From the NCBI GenBank assembly GCA_023136305.1, contig JAGLSF010000001.1, forward strand, positions 1-39,390: 39,390 bases of DNA, given 5' to 3'. The DNA is from Spirochaetota bacterium (lineage in GTDB: Bacteria; Spirochaetota; B62-G9; DRHN01). Position 1 is the first letter of the stretch. The number at the start of each line of letters is the position of its first letter. Below, in pieces: positions 19,673 through 29,348 of this stretch. Made by a program: the position numbers and the translations under genes. The notes beneath the pieces are model-generated. The model worked only from the letters and a program-made list of their open reading frames with translations, did not search any database and was not told where the DNA came from.

Positions 19673-21313
19673 CTAGTTATGCTCCTTATTCCCGAAAACC
19701 TGAAAGTTGAGATCAAAATTCATGATATTGTTCCATAGAGAATTCTTAAGGCTTACATCCCTGAAGCGTGTGTCGTTACTTGACCCAATTACATTTCCAC
19801 ATGATGCATACCAGTTGAAGATAGTACTGCCCGACGAACGAAGTGCAATCCAGTAGCCGCCCTTTTCGAGATAGGTATCTGTTTTTTTTCGCACAGGAAA
19901 ACTGAGCCAGGGATTGTCCATCATCATAAACCGTATGCGCGGCGAGTGTATGCTGTATGTTTTAAAGAGAACTTTTCCCGGCTTGCCGTCTTCATCTGCA
20001 TACACCTCAAGCCATATTCTTCCCTCATCAGCAAATTTTATAAGCGGGATCTGTATCTGTGTCAGGGTGAAGGGGTCCACCACGGTAAAGCGCTGGGCAT
20101 AGACGCGATTCTGTGTTGCCACAACATCGAGCCGTCTTGAAATGTCACTGTTTTGCACAATCATACCGTCGACGTCAGCATCATCCTTCACTATATCGCT
20201 GCCTTCGGACTGCCCTACATCAAGCTCCGGTTCCTTGGTATAGGCTTTGAAGCCATCGATGACCGGACTCATGATGATCCTGTTTGAACTCCCGGTATCG
20301 AGATTCTGAACTTCGAGCTTCGCACTATCGTTTCTGATATCAAAAATAAACTCCTTGAATTCAATAATGTCTCCTATTTCAACCTCCCAGTGATCTGCAG
20401 CATAGTCAGAATCGGGCCCGACGGAGAACTTAACAACATGCGACACGGTGCCAAAATGGGTTCCGACGGGATCGTAGGGTATCCATCCAAGGTCCGGAAA
20501 GTACACCTCGAGCCAGAATTTATCTCCATTGGGATAATCATAGAAAAAAGTCTCGACCCCTGTGTTGATCGGAATCTCCTGCTGAAAGGATATACCGTAT
20601 ACCACCCGCACAGGTATGCCGAGCCCCTTGAAAATGGAGGCTACCAGGTTGCAGAGACCGCGCTCATCACCTCGGCGCATTCTCAGTACAGAAAGGGCAT
20701 CATAGTCCTTGTTGGTAGCGGTATCGTTTGACATCTGTATGTTCTCGTCGAACCAGATGAAGACGTTTTTTACCACATCCACCTCACGCCTCAATCCATA
20801 GGAGATGGATCTCCCAATATAATTGATCAGATAATCATTAGATGGTGAAAGTTCTGTGGAGGTAAAATAGGGCTTTAAACGGTCACCAACTGCAAGTGGA
20901 AATGTCGAGCTGCTGTCAACAGCATAGAAGTTTGCGTATATCCTGGCCGAAAACTGAAGGTCGGTTTGAATGATATGAATTTCTTTGTTCCAGATCATCT
21001 CGATACCGCTGTTTCCGTATTCATCGATGAACTCTTTTGTTTCAGTTGGATAGGGTGCAAAGTTCTGCCTGAGCCTGTCTATGGTCTGCGTATGCAGTCC
21101 CTCAGTCTGTGATGCAGGCAGAAACATCCTGTAAGTCAGGTTTTTGGTTTCCGAATAGCTGCTGAATCTTCTTGTCAAATATGCCGTAACAACGCTTTCC
21201 ATTTCACCCTGAACAGTAATGATCTCTGCCTGGAGAACCTGTGCTGCCGGAAGGAACAGACCTGCTGAAAAAGAGATAATGAAAGCGTAGATTAATCCTC
21301 TTATTCTTTTCAT
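19673..21313 (-). CDS. Secreted transglutaminase-like domain protein (variant catalytic site)
   Basis: Signal peptide MKRIRGLIYAFIISFSAGLFLPAAQVLQA. The transglutaminase-core pattern is GLCNLVASIFKGLGIPVRVVYG ... KFWLEVYFPDLGWIPYDP, in which Cys and Asp are present and the expected His is Lys. Confidence 0.75.
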   Translation of the reverse strand: MKRIRGLIYAFIISFSAGLFLPAAQVLQAEIITVQGEMESVVTAYLTRRFSSYSETKNLTYRMFLPASQTEGLHTQTIDRLRQNFAPYPTETKEFIDEYGNSGIEMIWNKEIHIIQTDLQFSARIYANFYAVDSSSTFPLAVGDRLKPYFTSTELSPSNDYLINYIGRSISYGLRREVDVVKNVFIWFDENIQMSNDTATNKDYDALSVLRMRRGDERGLCNLVASIFKGLGIPVRVVYGISFQQEIPINTGVETFFYDYPNGDKFWLEVYFPDLGWIPYDPVGTHFGTVSHVVKFSVGPDSDYAADHWEVEIGDIIEFKEFIFDIRNDSAKLEVQNLDTGSSNRIIMSPVIDGFKAYTKEPELDVGQSEGSDIVKDDADVDGMIVQNSDISRRLDVVATQNRVYAQRFTVVDPFTLTQIQIPLIKFADEGRIWLEVYADEDGKPGKVLFKTYSIHSPRIRFMMMDNPWLSFPVRKKTDTYLEKGGYWIALRSSGSTIFNWYASCGNVIGSSNDTRFRDVSLKNSLWNNIMNFDLNFQVFGNKEHN

Positions 21314-21358
21314 GATGCATCCGAAAATAAAATGATATACTCATAAAAGCAACTGAAA

Positions 21359-21550
21359 ATGAGATGGTTTAAAGCAATAACATACATTTTTTCACCCCTT
21401 GTTGCCGCTCTTCTGGCGGGTATTCTTTTCATCCGGCTGCATGTGCTGGGAGGCACCTGGTTTGTAATCGTTGTACTTATTGGTCTGGTCGTCTCACTCA
21501 CAAATGCTGTAATTGTCAGTATGGGTATGGCCAAGAAGCAGGGGAATTGA
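21359..21550 (+). CDS. Small two-TM membrane protein (hypothetical)
   Basis: 63-aa ORF with two strongly hydrophobic segments (ITYIFSPLVAALLAGILFI and WFVIVVLIGLVVSLTNAVIV) flanked by basic residues. It ends 26 nt upstream of the next gene. No clear Shine-Dalgarno sequence. Confidence 0.4.
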   Translation: MRWFKAITYIFSPLVAALLAGILFIRLHVLGGTWFVIVVLIGLVVSLTNAVIVSMGMAKKQGN

Positions 21551-21576
21551 ATGCGTGATCTAAGGGAGATGAGCTG

Positions 21577-23556
21577 GTGAACAAACCCTTCAGCATGCCT
21601 CTCGTATACTTCATTATAGCAGTATTTCTATGCCCCGCAATACTCTCAGCTGATAAGAGCAGGATTTACGATGCTGTCACCGGTATCGATGAGTACGGTG
21701 AGGTCGAGCACCTGGATGTCCCCAGGCCGAAACTGTTTCTTTCCAAGAAGGAGATATACCACTTTGAAATTCTCGAAGTGTTTCTTGCAGGTGTTGATGA
21801 TCTCGATGAAGAGCTTTTTTCCATTCAGGTCATTCGGGACGGTCGAGTATACCCCTCCGTCGGCATGGAGCAGAGAATACCCTTCAGGAAAAAGGATGAC
21901 CTGCTCAGGGCTGTGTACCTTCCGGACTGGAACCAACGAGAGGGAACATATGAAATTGAGGTGCATTACGGGGAATATCGCCTAAACACCGATGCTCCAT
22001 TCACCTTTAAGCTTCTTCGAAGGCCTGTTCCAATCATTGAGCCGGGTATATCCATCGTTGATTTGGAGATGAACAGGAGCATTACCGAGAAGAACTTCGT
22101 CAACCCCGATGGAAGAGTGAATGATTACTCGGCCATACTTGAATGGGCATCCTTTATGAACGCTGACATGCTCTGGATTCTGGCGGGTGAAACAACCACG
22201 TTCCACAGGAAGAAGAGGGGAGCATCACCGTGGGACCAGGGGCCGCTCGAGAATTTGCAGCTGTTGAAGGAGATTGCACCCTACTATGGTGTAAAGATCG
22301 GTGCCTATATCATGTCCTTCTATGTTCCCGGGACAGGCGGAATACCCGATCGATACGAGCCAGGGCTCGGCTACAATGCCGATAATGGTAAGCTGTACCG
22401 ATCAAGACATATATCACTGGCTAGTGAGCAGCGCATACAGGACATGATCGAACTGGCCACCCAGTTCCAGCAGGACCCGCAGATAGAGTATATTGGATTT
22501 GATTTCATCAGAACGGGGAGAGGGGACGGCTACGAGCTTGCCCAGCTGGTTATCGATGACACAGGTATTGGGACACCTCAGGGGTGGGTCGAACTGGATG
22601 CGTCAGAGCGAATTAAATGGTTTGCCCGGAAGATCGAGGTGGAACGTGACCCGCTCATCGTTGAGAAATGGCGATGGTGGCGGGCACATCGCGTGGCTGA
22701 AATCGTCAAACGGGTTATGGAAGAGGCGGAAATAACAAAACCCGTGTGGGTGTACACACTGGGCTGGAATCACGGGAAAGAGCACGGCCAGGACCCGGTC
22801 ATGTTCTTCGATGCGGGGGTGGCCTTCGATGCGGTCATGCTCTACGAGGCATCACAGTCACAGTTTGAGAGGCTTCTGGGGCACTGGAACCGGTATATCA
22901 GTGCTGAACAGGGAAACGTGCTCGTGGGAAGCTGTGTCGACTACAAGCTGCTCGATTCGGATACCCTGACACCGCCCGATGAGTTTTTCAGGAGAAACAC
23001 CGAAGCCTATCAGAATGTTATGCGGAATGGATTTGCCAAGGGCATATTCTTTCACGACATTGCGCGTGCATTCTGGGGAAGGAAGGGCGGCTATAAATTC
23101 ATGGACTATGCCGCTGCTCATATGTCAAGCGTATACGGATTAAAGAGAGAGCACCGAACCCTGGACCTCGTGGTGGATGTTATGTACGAGGAAGAGGGGG
23201 AGAGCAGGCTCAGCGGCATCATCCAGTGTAAGAACAACAGTACACGTGATCTGGAAAACATACGCATAGAGCTCATTTCTCCCGGTACCCCTGTCACCGT
23301 CACCTTTTACAGGGCCATGTCTTCCGAGAACGAGTATGATACCGCCACAAACAGTGCAGGTGCACGATCAATGAGTCTCGGCAGCCTGCAGACCTTCCAA
23401 ACCGTTACTGTTCCCTTTGTCGTGCAAAACCTCCAGACCAGCCGGTCAACCCTGCTCTTCAAAGTGTCTGTCGAGAATGATCGTCACTACTTTATACGTG
23501 AAACCGTTTCCCTCCGGTCTCATACCTCCACCGATTTACAGACCTCATTGGATTGA
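21577..23556 (+). CDS. Secreted hypothetical protein, possible glycoside-hydrolase-like TIM-barrel core
   Basis: 659-aa ORF with a GTG start and AAGGGAG 8 nt upstream. Signal peptide MNKPFSMPLVYFIIAVFLCPAILSA. Central segments (IGAYIMSFYVPG, YIGFDFIRTGRGDGYE, VWVYTLGW, AVMLYEAS) recall GHL/DUF4015-type barrels. The family call is tentative. Confidence 0.65.
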   Translation: MNKPFSMPLVYFIIAVFLCPAILSADKSRIYDAVTGIDEYGEVEHLDVPRPKLFLSKKEIYHFEILEVFLAGVDDLDEELFSIQVIRDGRVYPSVGMEQRIPFRKKDDLLRAVYLPDWNQREGTYEIEVHYGEYRLNTDAPFTFKLLRRPVPIIEPGISIVDLEMNRSITEKNFVNPDGRVNDYSAILEWASFMNADMLWILAGETTTFHRKKRGASPWDQGPLENLQLLKEIAPYYGVKIGAYIMSFYVPGTGGIPDRYEPGLGYNADNGKLYRSRHISLASEQRIQDMIELATQFQQDPQIEYIGFDFIRTGRGDGYELAQLVIDDTGIGTPQGWVELDASERIKWFARKIEVERDPLIVEKWRWWRAHRVAEIVKRVMEEAEITKPVWVYTLGWNHGKEHGQDPVMFFDAGVAFDAVMLYEASQSQFERLLGHWNRYISAEQGNVLVGSCVDYKLLDSDTLTPPDEFFRRNTEAYQNVMRNGFAKGIFFHDIARAFWGRKGGYKFMDYAAAHMSSVYGLKREHRTLDLVVDVMYEEEGESRLSGIIQCKNNSTRDLENIRIELISPGTPVTVTFYRAMSSENEYDTATNSAGARSMSLGSLQTFQTVTVPFVVQNLQTSRSTLLFKVSVENDRHYFIRETVSLRSHTSTDLQTSLD

Positions 23557-23711
23557 TACAGGCCGAATGGAGGCATTCAAGCTCAATTTTAAAAGGGACT
23601 CTCAGCGTGTTCACAGATTATGTACCATTCAGCATATTTGTATTATGTTAATACGCTGTGGTGACATGGAGATACACAAAAAAACTTGGATAACCGACAG
23701 GGCACTCAACT

Positions 23712-24173
23712 ATGGGGAAAACCGGTCTTTATACCCTTGCTGCACTTTTCCTTCTCACCATGAGTTTTTCATGTACCGAACGCCAGGACAGTGACAGGCG
23801 GGATGGGCTTTTCAAATCGCGGACCGAAGAGGGGAAGTCACAAAAGCCCCGTAGAGGTAAGAGAGAAGTAAAAGATCGTGGTCTTACAGCTGAAGACCAG
23901 CGTGATATCGGTGTAGCGGATGAGCTGACACCTGAGACGTTCATAAGAATAACCATTCTCTACAGGAGAGAGAACAGGGTGTGGATCGAGCAATCACAGG
24001 TACTCTCATCGCAGGAACAGGAGCGGTATTTTGAAGAGATGAATGCAGCATTCTTTTCCAGGTTCGGGTTCACTGAAGAGAAATTTCTTGCCTACGGTGA
24101 GAACAATACTGCAGAGCTCGATGCGTATATACAGGAACACCCTGAGCTCATGGTGGAGATGATGGAGGAGTAG
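23712..24173 (+). CDS. Hypothetical lipoprotein
   Basis: 153-aa ORF with a lipoprotein-type signal (LAALFLLTMSFSC), followed by a charged linker and an acidic helical C-terminal region. Confidence 0.55.
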   Translation: MGKTGLYTLAALFLLTMSFSCTERQDSDRRDGLFKSRTEEGKSQKPRRGKREVKDRGLTAEDQRDIGVADELTPETFIRITILYRRENRVWIEQSQVLSSQEQERYFEEMNAAFFSRFGFTEEKFLAYGENNTAELDAYIQEHPELMVEMMEE

Positions 24174-24191
24174 GATTTCAGTTTTCTATGA

Positions 24192-25115
24192 TCAGCTGAT
24201 GTGAAAGGAAAGCCCCTCGCGGGCAAAGAAGAGATTCGAAAACCGACGCTTGTACTTTGTCTGATTACGCTTCAACTGTGTATCTGTGGCTGCCGGGTCA
24301 TGGTGGGTCATGACCAGCGTTTTCACACCCGCCTTTTTCGCCACTTCGATTGCCATATCCGGAATACTGTGACCAAATCCTTGTCTGGGTGTGGGAAGAG
24401 CAGTATACTGCTCCCTGGTGTACTGAGCGTCGTGTATGAGAAGATCGGCATTTTCAGCAAAACTGATCACTTTGAAGTTACCGAAGAGATAGCCTTCAAC
24501 ATCGGTGGCAAAAACAATCGCTTTCCCCCCATACTCGACCCTGTATACGAACACACCGTTGGCAGGATGGGAAAAATCTTTCATTACCTTCACTACAACT
24601 GTGGAATCTGTGATCTTATATGTATCATGAAACTTATTTATCAGGTTCGGTTTTGGATCAGGCAGCTGATATAGGATGAGATGATTTTCGCCAATGGTCT
24701 CAAACCGTTTTATTGAACTGGCGCTCTGTAGGTCTACCGGGAAGTTTGGCGGCGTCATTGACCGTTCCAACACAGTCCTCAGTTCTTCACCGAACTCCAG
24801 AGGCCCAAAGAAATACAGTTTTGACTGCCCCAGGTACAGGGGTGTGAAAAAGGGCAGACCCTGGGTATGATCATGGTGCAGATGGGTGAAGAGAACGGTA
24901 AGATTAAGGGCTTCCTTACTGCCCTCCTTGAAGTAGTTTGCGGCCAGTGTGTTGCCTAGGTTGATAATGCCTGTTCCCGCATCGATGATAATGGTTACTT
25001 TACCAATGGTCACATCAATGCAGGTTGTGCTGCCGCCATAGTGGAGGGTATTCTTACCAGGTACAGGATAACTGCCGCGGACACCCCAGAATGTAACCGT
25101 GAACTCTTCTTTCAT
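24192..25115 (-). CDS. MBL-fold metallo-hydrolase
   Basis: HxHxDH motif (FTHLHHDHTQG), a downstream His/Asp ligand pattern (LIHDAQY, MTHHDP), and the N-terminus TFWGVRGS. Confidence 0.85.
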   Translation of the reverse strand: MKEEFTVTFWGVRGSYPVPGKNTLHYGGSTTCIDVTIGKVTIIIDAGTGIINLGNTLAANYFKEGSKEALNLTVLFTHLHHDHTQGLPFFTPLYLGQSKLYFFGPLEFGEELRTVLERSMTPPNFPVDLQSASSIKRFETIGENHLILYQLPDPKPNLINKFHDTYKITDSTVVVKVMKDFSHPANGVFVYRVEYGGKAIVFATDVEGYLFGNFKVISFAENADLLIHDAQYTREQYTALPTPRQGFGHSIPDMAIEVAKKAGVKTLVMTHHDPAATDTQLKRNQTKYKRRFSNLFFAREGLSFHIS

Positions 25116-25690
25116 TGGCCCACTCGCAGCGCAGGTTTTACACCCGACTCCGTTATTACATAATCGACAGCTAGATCATGTTCCTTTATTGGTAATTCTC
25201 CGAGTATGAGACGGTTATAGGTCAGCGCACAGCTAATAGCTTGCGTATGACGCCCCATGAAACGATCATAGAAGCCACCACCGTATCCGAGGCGCTCACC
25301 CCGCAGGGTGAAGGCCAGGCCAGGTGTTATGATCAGTTCGAGACGGTGATAATCGAGTTCTCGGCAGCCGGCAACAGGCTCCAGTATGCCGTAGTGACCC
25401 GGTTCGAGTGAGGAATCAAGATCTTCGATAATATAGGCATGCATCTCACCAGTGGAAAGATTTACCTTCGGAACTGAAACCTCCTTCCCGAGCTTGAATG
25501 ATTGTTCGATAATGGGAAGGGTGTTTATCTCACTGCGGAAACTCACGAAGCAGAAGAATACCTTGGAAGAGCGGTATATCTCCCATGAGAGGAGATGCGC
25601 TGCAACTGCAGCATCCATCTGTTCCTTCTTAGGTTTAGGAATACTATCCCGTATCTTCTGAACGTGCATCCTCAGGTCCTGTTTGTTCAA
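25112..25690 (-). CDS. 5-formyltetrahydrofolate cyclo-ligase
   Basis: 192-aa product with the N-terminus MNKQDLR....IRDSI, and the motifs LPIIEQ, VPKV and GYGGGFYDRF. 4-nt overlap with the downstream MBL gene. Confidence 0.85.
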   Translation of the reverse strand: MNKQDLRMHVQKIRDSIPKPKKEQMDAAVAAHLLSWEIYRSSKVFFCFVSFRSEINTLPIIEQSFKLGKEVSVPKVNLSTGEMHAYIIEDLDSSLEPGHYGILEPVAGCRELDYHRLELIITPGLAFTLRGERLGYGGGFYDRFMGRHTQAISCALTYNRLILGELPIKEHDLAVDYVITESGVKPALRVGQ

Positions 25691-26948
25691 CGTTTTTTTC
25701 CTCCTGAGAAAGCTTCCTTAGGAATTCCAGGCGGCGTTTCATCTCTTTTTCATCGCCCAGTCCCCCTGGCTCGTAGAAAAAAACTCTTTCCTTCAGGTAC
25801 TGCTGTTGTACGTAATGATATTTGTAATCGTGGGGATATAAATAATTTTTTTTGGCAGGGTGCGCTGATTTGAGATAATCGGGAACCTCGAGATTACCCC
25901 GCTCCTTTACGAATGCAGTAGCCTTTGAAATTGCCCGATAGCTGGAGTTGCTTTTCGTCGCCAGTGTGAGGCGCAGGGTGGCGTGCGCCAGGATCAGGCG
26001 TGCTTCAGGCATACCGACCATATCGACTGCCTCGTATGCTGAAACAGCCAACACGAGAGCTGAAGAATCGGCAAGACCTATATCCTCACTTGCCAGTATT
26101 ACCAGTCGCCGCGCAATGTAGAGAAGATCCTCACCCGACTCGAGCATCAGTGCGAGCCAGTAGAGAGCAGCATCAGGATCGGAACCCCTGACGGATTTGA
26201 TAAAGGCAGAAATCACATCGTAGTGATAGTCCTCATCTCGGTCATAGAGAAGGGGCTGTTTTCCGATGACCCCTTCCACATCTTCTATGGTGATTAAGCC
26301 AGGCTTCCCCAGGCCCAGAGCCGCCTGAAGAAGATTGAGCATTCTCCTCGCATCACCACTGGAGCAGCGGGTGATGAATTCCCGGGCCTCTTCATCTATC
26401 TTGAATCCCTCTCTGGCTACCGCTTTTTCAAGGATTATTTTCAGGGCATCCGTAGAGAGCTGCTCAAACTCGAAGAGGAGCACACGCGACCTCAGGGGGG
26501 GTATAAGATAAAAGAACGGATTCTTCGTCGTTGTCCCGATGAGCGTTACAACTCCCTCTTCGAGAGCGGGGAGGAGGCCGTCTTGGACCATTTTATTAAA
26601 CCGGTGAATCTCATCGATGAACAGTATAGTTTTGTTCCCAAGTAATCTGTTTTCCTGAGCCCTCTTCAGTGCCTTGCGGAGATCGTCCGTTTTTGCAGTT
26701 ACTGCGTTGAGACGAATAAAGGCACTGTTTGTTCGTTTTGCAATGATCTTCGCAAGTGCTGTTTTTCCGCAACCAGGAGGTCCGTAAAACACCGCGGAGG
26801 GAACACTGTCGCTTTCTATGAGTTGAAGGAGGGGGCCCTTTTTTCCGAGAAGCTTTTCCTGTCCGAAAACCTCATCCAGGTCATCCGGTGTGCACCGGTT
26901 TGCAAGTTGTTCGCTTTCCAGGTTTTCTGGAGCAAAGAGAGTGGACAT
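25644..26948 (-). CDS. rarA: Replication-associated recombination protein A (AAA+ ATPase RarA/MgsA)
   Basis: Walker A FYGPPGCGKTALA, Walker [22 protein letters not shown] and the C-terminal MgsA domain (LYWLALMLESGED, HLKSAHPAKK-like). The start is set at ATG 26948 (MSTLFAPE...). The longer ORF to 27008 would overlap the upstream gene by 44 nt. Confidence 0.93.
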   Translation of the reverse strand: MSTLFAPENLESEQLANRCTPDDLDEVFGQEKLLGKKGPLLQLIESDSVPSAVFYGPPGCGKTALAKIIAKRTNSAFIRLNAVTAKTDDLRKALKRAQENRLLGNKTILFIDEIHRFNKMVQDGLLPALEEGVVTLIGTTTKNPFFYLIPPLRSRVLLFEFEQLSTDALKIILEKAVAREGFKIDEEAREFITRCSSGDARRMLNLLQAALGLGKPGLITIEDVEGVIGKQPLLYDRDEDYHYDVISAFIKSVRGSDPDAALYWLALMLESGEDLLYIARRLVILASEDIGLADSSALVLAVSAYEAVDMVGMPEARLILAHATLRLTLATKSNSSYRAISKATAFVKERGNLEVPDYLKSAHPAKKNYLYPHDYKYHYVQQQYLKERVFFYEPGGLGDEKEMKRRLEFLRKLSQEEKNVEQTGPEDARSEDTG

Positions 26949-26964
26949 TCGCCGGGTGTTCCCT

Positions 26965-28326
26965 TTACAGAAATTGCACAAGCTTTCTTCCAATTCCCAA
27001 GAGCTCATCAGTACGTTTGACTTTCCCTGATTCTGCTATAATGCGAACTGCGGGTTCGGTATTGGAAGATCTGATATGAAGCCATTCCTCTCTAGTATAA
27101 ATTTTTATACCATCTTCCGTGTTGAATGAATAGTCCTTGAAATACTCCCTGGATTCAGAGAGCAACCGTGTATAGAAGTCATCGATGTTAACATTTTCTA
27201 GAACAATTTTATCTTTTTTCATACAGTATGAAGGAAAATCTAAGATAATCTGTGTGAGATTCCTGTTCTCTGAGGCCATAAGCTCGAGTATTAGACCCAT
27301 TGCCACAATACTGTCTCTACACGGATTGATCCGGGGAACAATTGCTCCACCATTTCCCTCTCCACCAAAATCTATTCCCTTTCTGAGGAGAGCATCGGTA
27401 ACATTGATTTCACCAATCTTCGTGCGATATACCCTGCTGCCATATCGAGCAGCGAGATCATCAACCATCATTGATGTCGAGAGATTAACTGCAATATCAG
27501 TTTTTCTCCTGCGAAGATAGCTTTCACCGGCGAGTACAAGTGTATACTCTTCACCGATAGGGATGCCCTTTTCAGATACCACGGCAAGACGGTCCGCATC
27601 GGGGTCCTGCGCAAACCCGATATGGGCTTTCCTCTTGAGCACCTCTTTTCCCAGCTGCGTCAGGTTTTGTGGAACAGGTTCAGGTTCACGGGGAAAATGG
27701 CCGGTTATCTGCTCATTGATGCCGAATACGGTACAGCCAAGTGCTTCAAGGAAGCTCCTGTCAATGGATGATCCTGCCGACCCGCAGGGGTCCACGACAA
27801 CTTTGAGTTTTCTTCGCCGAATGCAATCGACATCGATATTCCGTAAAACTTCCTCAATATGCATACTTGCGATGTCTTCTCGATAAGTGGTATCCCCAAT
27901 ATTACGAAAATCCTTCCAGGGTACTGCGCCCTCATATCCGATCATCTTCTCGATTTTACGCACCTGTGGTGCCCTGAGAAAGAGACCCTCCCCATCACAA
28001 AACTTCAGGGCATTCCACTGTACCGGATTGTGGCTCGCCGTAATAACAATGCCCCCATCGCATCCAAGCTTGCGGGTTGCCAGAAGTACAGTCGGTGTAG
28101 GTGAGATCCCGATGTATATGCAGTTCCAGCCCAGGGCATTTGCCGTCCCTTCAACCATTCGCTGGATCACTGTGCCGCTTTTCCTCGCATCACGGCCTAT
28201 GAGTATCGTACCCGGTGAATCCTTCAGGGTTCTGAGAAAGGATGATACAAAGGAAACAATGATTGGAGGGGTGAGATCAGTGCCAACAACACCACGCACA
28301 CCGGAAACGCTTATTTTCAAGGGCAT
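26965..28326 (-). CDS. Alpha-D-phosphohexomutase (phosphoglucomutase/phosphomannomutase family)
   Basis: SGVRGVVG, the active-site loop VITASHNP, the metal loop FAQDPDADR, and GGEGNGG. Confidence 0.9.
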   Translation of the reverse strand: MPLKISVSGVRGVVGTDLTPPIIVSFVSSFLRTLKDSPGTILIGRDARKSGTVIQRMVEGTANALGWNCIYIGISPTPTVLLATRKLGCDGGIVITASHNPVQWNALKFCDGEGLFLRAPQVRKIEKMIGYEGAVPWKDFRNIGDTTYREDIASMHIEEVLRNIDVDCIRRRKLKVVVDPCGSAGSSIDRSFLEALGCTVFGINEQITGHFPREPEPVPQNLTQLGKEVLKRKAHIGFAQDPDADRLAVVSEKGIPIGEEYTLVLAGESYLRRRKTDIAVNLSTSMMVDDLAARYGSRVYRTKIGEINVTDALLRKGIDFGGEGNGGAIVPRINPCRDSIVAMGLILELMASENRNLTQIILDFPSYCMKKDKIVLENVNIDDFYTRLLSESREYFKDYSFNTEDGIKIYTREEWLHIRSSNTEPAVRIIAESGKVKRTDELLGIGRKLVQFL

Positions 28327-28474
28327 ATCACATACCTTCAGAATTCACATATTTTTACGTATCAGTGATGACTACCGTGTTGAGCCGCCCTGAGACTGTA
28401 ACGGTAATTGGGAAATAAAGCTGTCTCGATGTGATAGTACGGTGATCGATGTAAAAAGTAAACCACATTGTTGA

Positions 28475-29335
28475 TCAGTGCAGGTTCTCAGGTTTATTGC
28501 CGATCATTTGAATTTTCAAAGGATCAGAAATAGAACCTGCATAGAGGCTCAGGTGTGGGAAGGGTATCTCGATTCCTTCACGGTCAAAATGTTCCTTGAT
28601 CTCCTGCATCATCGTGTTCTTTGTCACCAAATAATCGGTTTTAAAAAACCACACTCCCAGCAGAAGCTCAACACCATGATCTCCAAACTCTTTTATCACA
28701 AAGAGCGGTTCCGGGTTGTCAAGGCAGTGCGGGTTTTTCTCCGTGATTTCGAGCAGCAGCTCCCTGACCCTGGAGAGGTCCTCTTTGTAGGCAATGGTTA
28801 GGTTGATGTCAAGCCGCCGAATGGGAAATTTCGTAACATTTACCACCTCGGTATTTATAAGTTTTTCATTGGGTATGCGAACATACTGATTGTCAAAGGT
28901 GCGGATCTTGACCGAAAGGAGATCAACGGAGAGAATGATTCCCGATATGCCGTCGACTTTAATTATGTCACCGACAGTAAAAGCCTTTTCAGAGATGAGA
29001 AAGACACCGCTGATGATGTTTGAGAGGCTCGTCTGTGAAGCAAAACCGATTGCAATACCTGCTATACCTGCCGCACCAAGAATCGCCGCAAGCTTCACAT
29101 TGAGCTGTTTCAGTATCAGAATCAGAATGATAAATAGGGCGGTATAGGAGAGCAGCTTGCGAACGATCATGATCGACTGCTGGGAAAAGCGCTTCTTCAT
29201 GGTCCGTTTAACATAGAAAAGGATAAGGCGAAGAAAAAGGAGTCCAATGACGATAATGGCGGCAATCTTGAGTACAACGATCATATTGGCAGGGGTGATA
29301 ATTTTTTCGATACCGGATAGAATTTCTTCAAACAT
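28475..29335 (-). CDS. Small-conductance mechanosensitive channel (MscS family)
   Basis: Three N-terminal TM helices, then the pore and beta-domain signature GFASQTSLSNIISGVFLISEKAFTVGDIIKVDGISGIILSVDLLSVKIRTFDN..VRIPNEKL. Confidence 0.9.
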   Translation of the reverse strand: MFEEILSGIEKIITPANMIVVLKIAAIIVIGLLFLRLILFYVKRTMKKRFSQQSIMIVRKLLSYTALFIILILILKQLNVKLAAILGAAGIAGIAIGFASQTSLSNIISGVFLISEKAFTVGDIIKVDGISGIILSVDLLSVKIRTFDNQYVRIPNEKLINTEVVNVTKFPIRRLDINLTIAYKEDLSRVRELLLEITEKNPHCLDNPEPLFVIKEFGDHGVELLLGVWFFKTDYLVTKNTMMQEIKEHFDREGIEIPFPHLSLYAGSISDPLKIQMIGNKPENLH

Positions 29336-29348
29336 GGCCCAGGTTCCT

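Noticed and set aside
23417-23794. 125-aa ORF bridging the gap between the 659-aa gene and the lipoprotein gene.
   Set aside because: It overlaps both flanking genes out of frame, has no ribosome-binding site, and its composition is atypical (Cys/Arg/His-rich). The 155-nt gap is more simply a promoter region.
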